Assembly: GCF_001949145.1 (NCBI RefSeq)
Contig: NW_019091359.1
Location: 214,021-278,020 of the forward strand
Direction: 5' to 3'
Length of the DNA stretch: 64,000 nucleotides
Origin: Acanthaster planci
Taxonomy: Eukaryota
This document shows, in pieces, positions 63,201 through 64,000 of the stretch. Below the pieces are notes generated by a model that saw only the letters and a list, made by a program, of their open reading frames with translations, ran no database searches and was not told where the DNA came from. Within the stretch, counting starts at the first letter, position 1. Each line of letters begins with the position of its first letter. Made by a program: the position numbers and the translations under genes.

Positions 63201-64000
63201 CCCATCCCCCATTACGAAGTCCGGTCCTTGGCGGTGTGGCCTGACATCAAACGGCACCGCCGTTGCAAGGGTGCAGGTTTTTTATTCGGCGATTGCTTTG
63301 TTCCTTTGATGTTGACCCCTTTGTGACAGATAATGAGATCTCTTTCGGGGTGTCGGCACCGTCGGAGAAAGTGTGGGCCTGGTTCGTTACCCCTCTGTCA
63401 GGCCGGCTGCCTTGCATGACTTTACCCCATGCGCCGTGAAATTGAGCTGAATGGTTAGGTGTATAGTTGACACTGTTCAGAGGCCTGTTTCCTTTGATTA
63501 ACAGATACAAACTTGGCAGGTTTAGCCCATAAAACTTTTAAAACCATCGGAATGACCGGCCTTCGCACTGTAGGGCGGTAGTTCGTGAGATCCCCAATTG
63601 TGCCTCTGCACATTTGGAGAAATACGCACGCACCAAGTTTCTTCCTTTCTAAGGTCTGTGGAGTTTGAATTCCTCAAACCCTAAATGTGGGCTTTCAGCG
63701 TATTTGAGGCTTTTCGTGACAAAATTTGAGCTTTCCTTGTGTCTGCTTTTTCTCTGCTTCCTCCACAAACTGTCAAATAACCCTCTAATAGTCCAACGTA
63801 CTGCTTTGCACATACCGTCAACGGCCCTTGGGCCCATGTCGTTGTAACCAAGATTTTGTCACGTTCCTTTGTTGCAGTTTAGCGTAAAATCGTCGTTACA
63901 CGGTGTGTGGCAGTGTAGGTTCACTGGATAGAGTTGGAGTTTCACCTTTTCATAAGCATGTTGAAAATCCCCTTGAACAATTGGGTTCTGTTGGCCTAGC

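Noticed and set aside
62896..63326. Overlapping 82-137 aa ORFs on both strands
   Set aside because: Explained by high GC and few stop codons; no recognisable protein or consistent splice sites.
63908..63930. tggcagtgtag resembling miR-34
   Set aside because: Only the 5' half matches, and no pre-miRNA hairpin is evident.

Overview
This is eukaryotic (metazoan, probably invertebrate deuterostome or echinoderm-like; the taxon is my impression only) genomic DNA with two N gaps. One plus-strand gene dominates it: BRIP1/FANCJ, the Fe-S DEAH helicase. I assembled it by hand as 24 GT-AG exons from 72 to a stop at 55378-55380. The 5' end lies upstream of the window, and the visible part is about 1351 aa in one continuous frame. 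The helicase core (72-17723) has short introns of 219-2447 bp. It is followed by a 1546-bp exon encoding a disordered tail. Four further exons (30354, 36760, 54145, 55324) are spread across 10.4, 6.3, 17.1 and 1.0 kb introns. They encode a Cys-rich C-terminal domain (CxxC...CxxC, Yippee/Mis18-like pattern) that human FANCJ lacks. The large 3' introns and the downstream flank contain CpG-rich, transcription-factor-motif-dense islands (T-box and TCF clusters), suggesting a bystander gene or genomic regulatory block. SINEs, MITEs (hAT, piggyBac, Harbinger-like) and a Penelope/hammerhead-like fold-back are also present. Most short ORFs in the track are non-coding noise.
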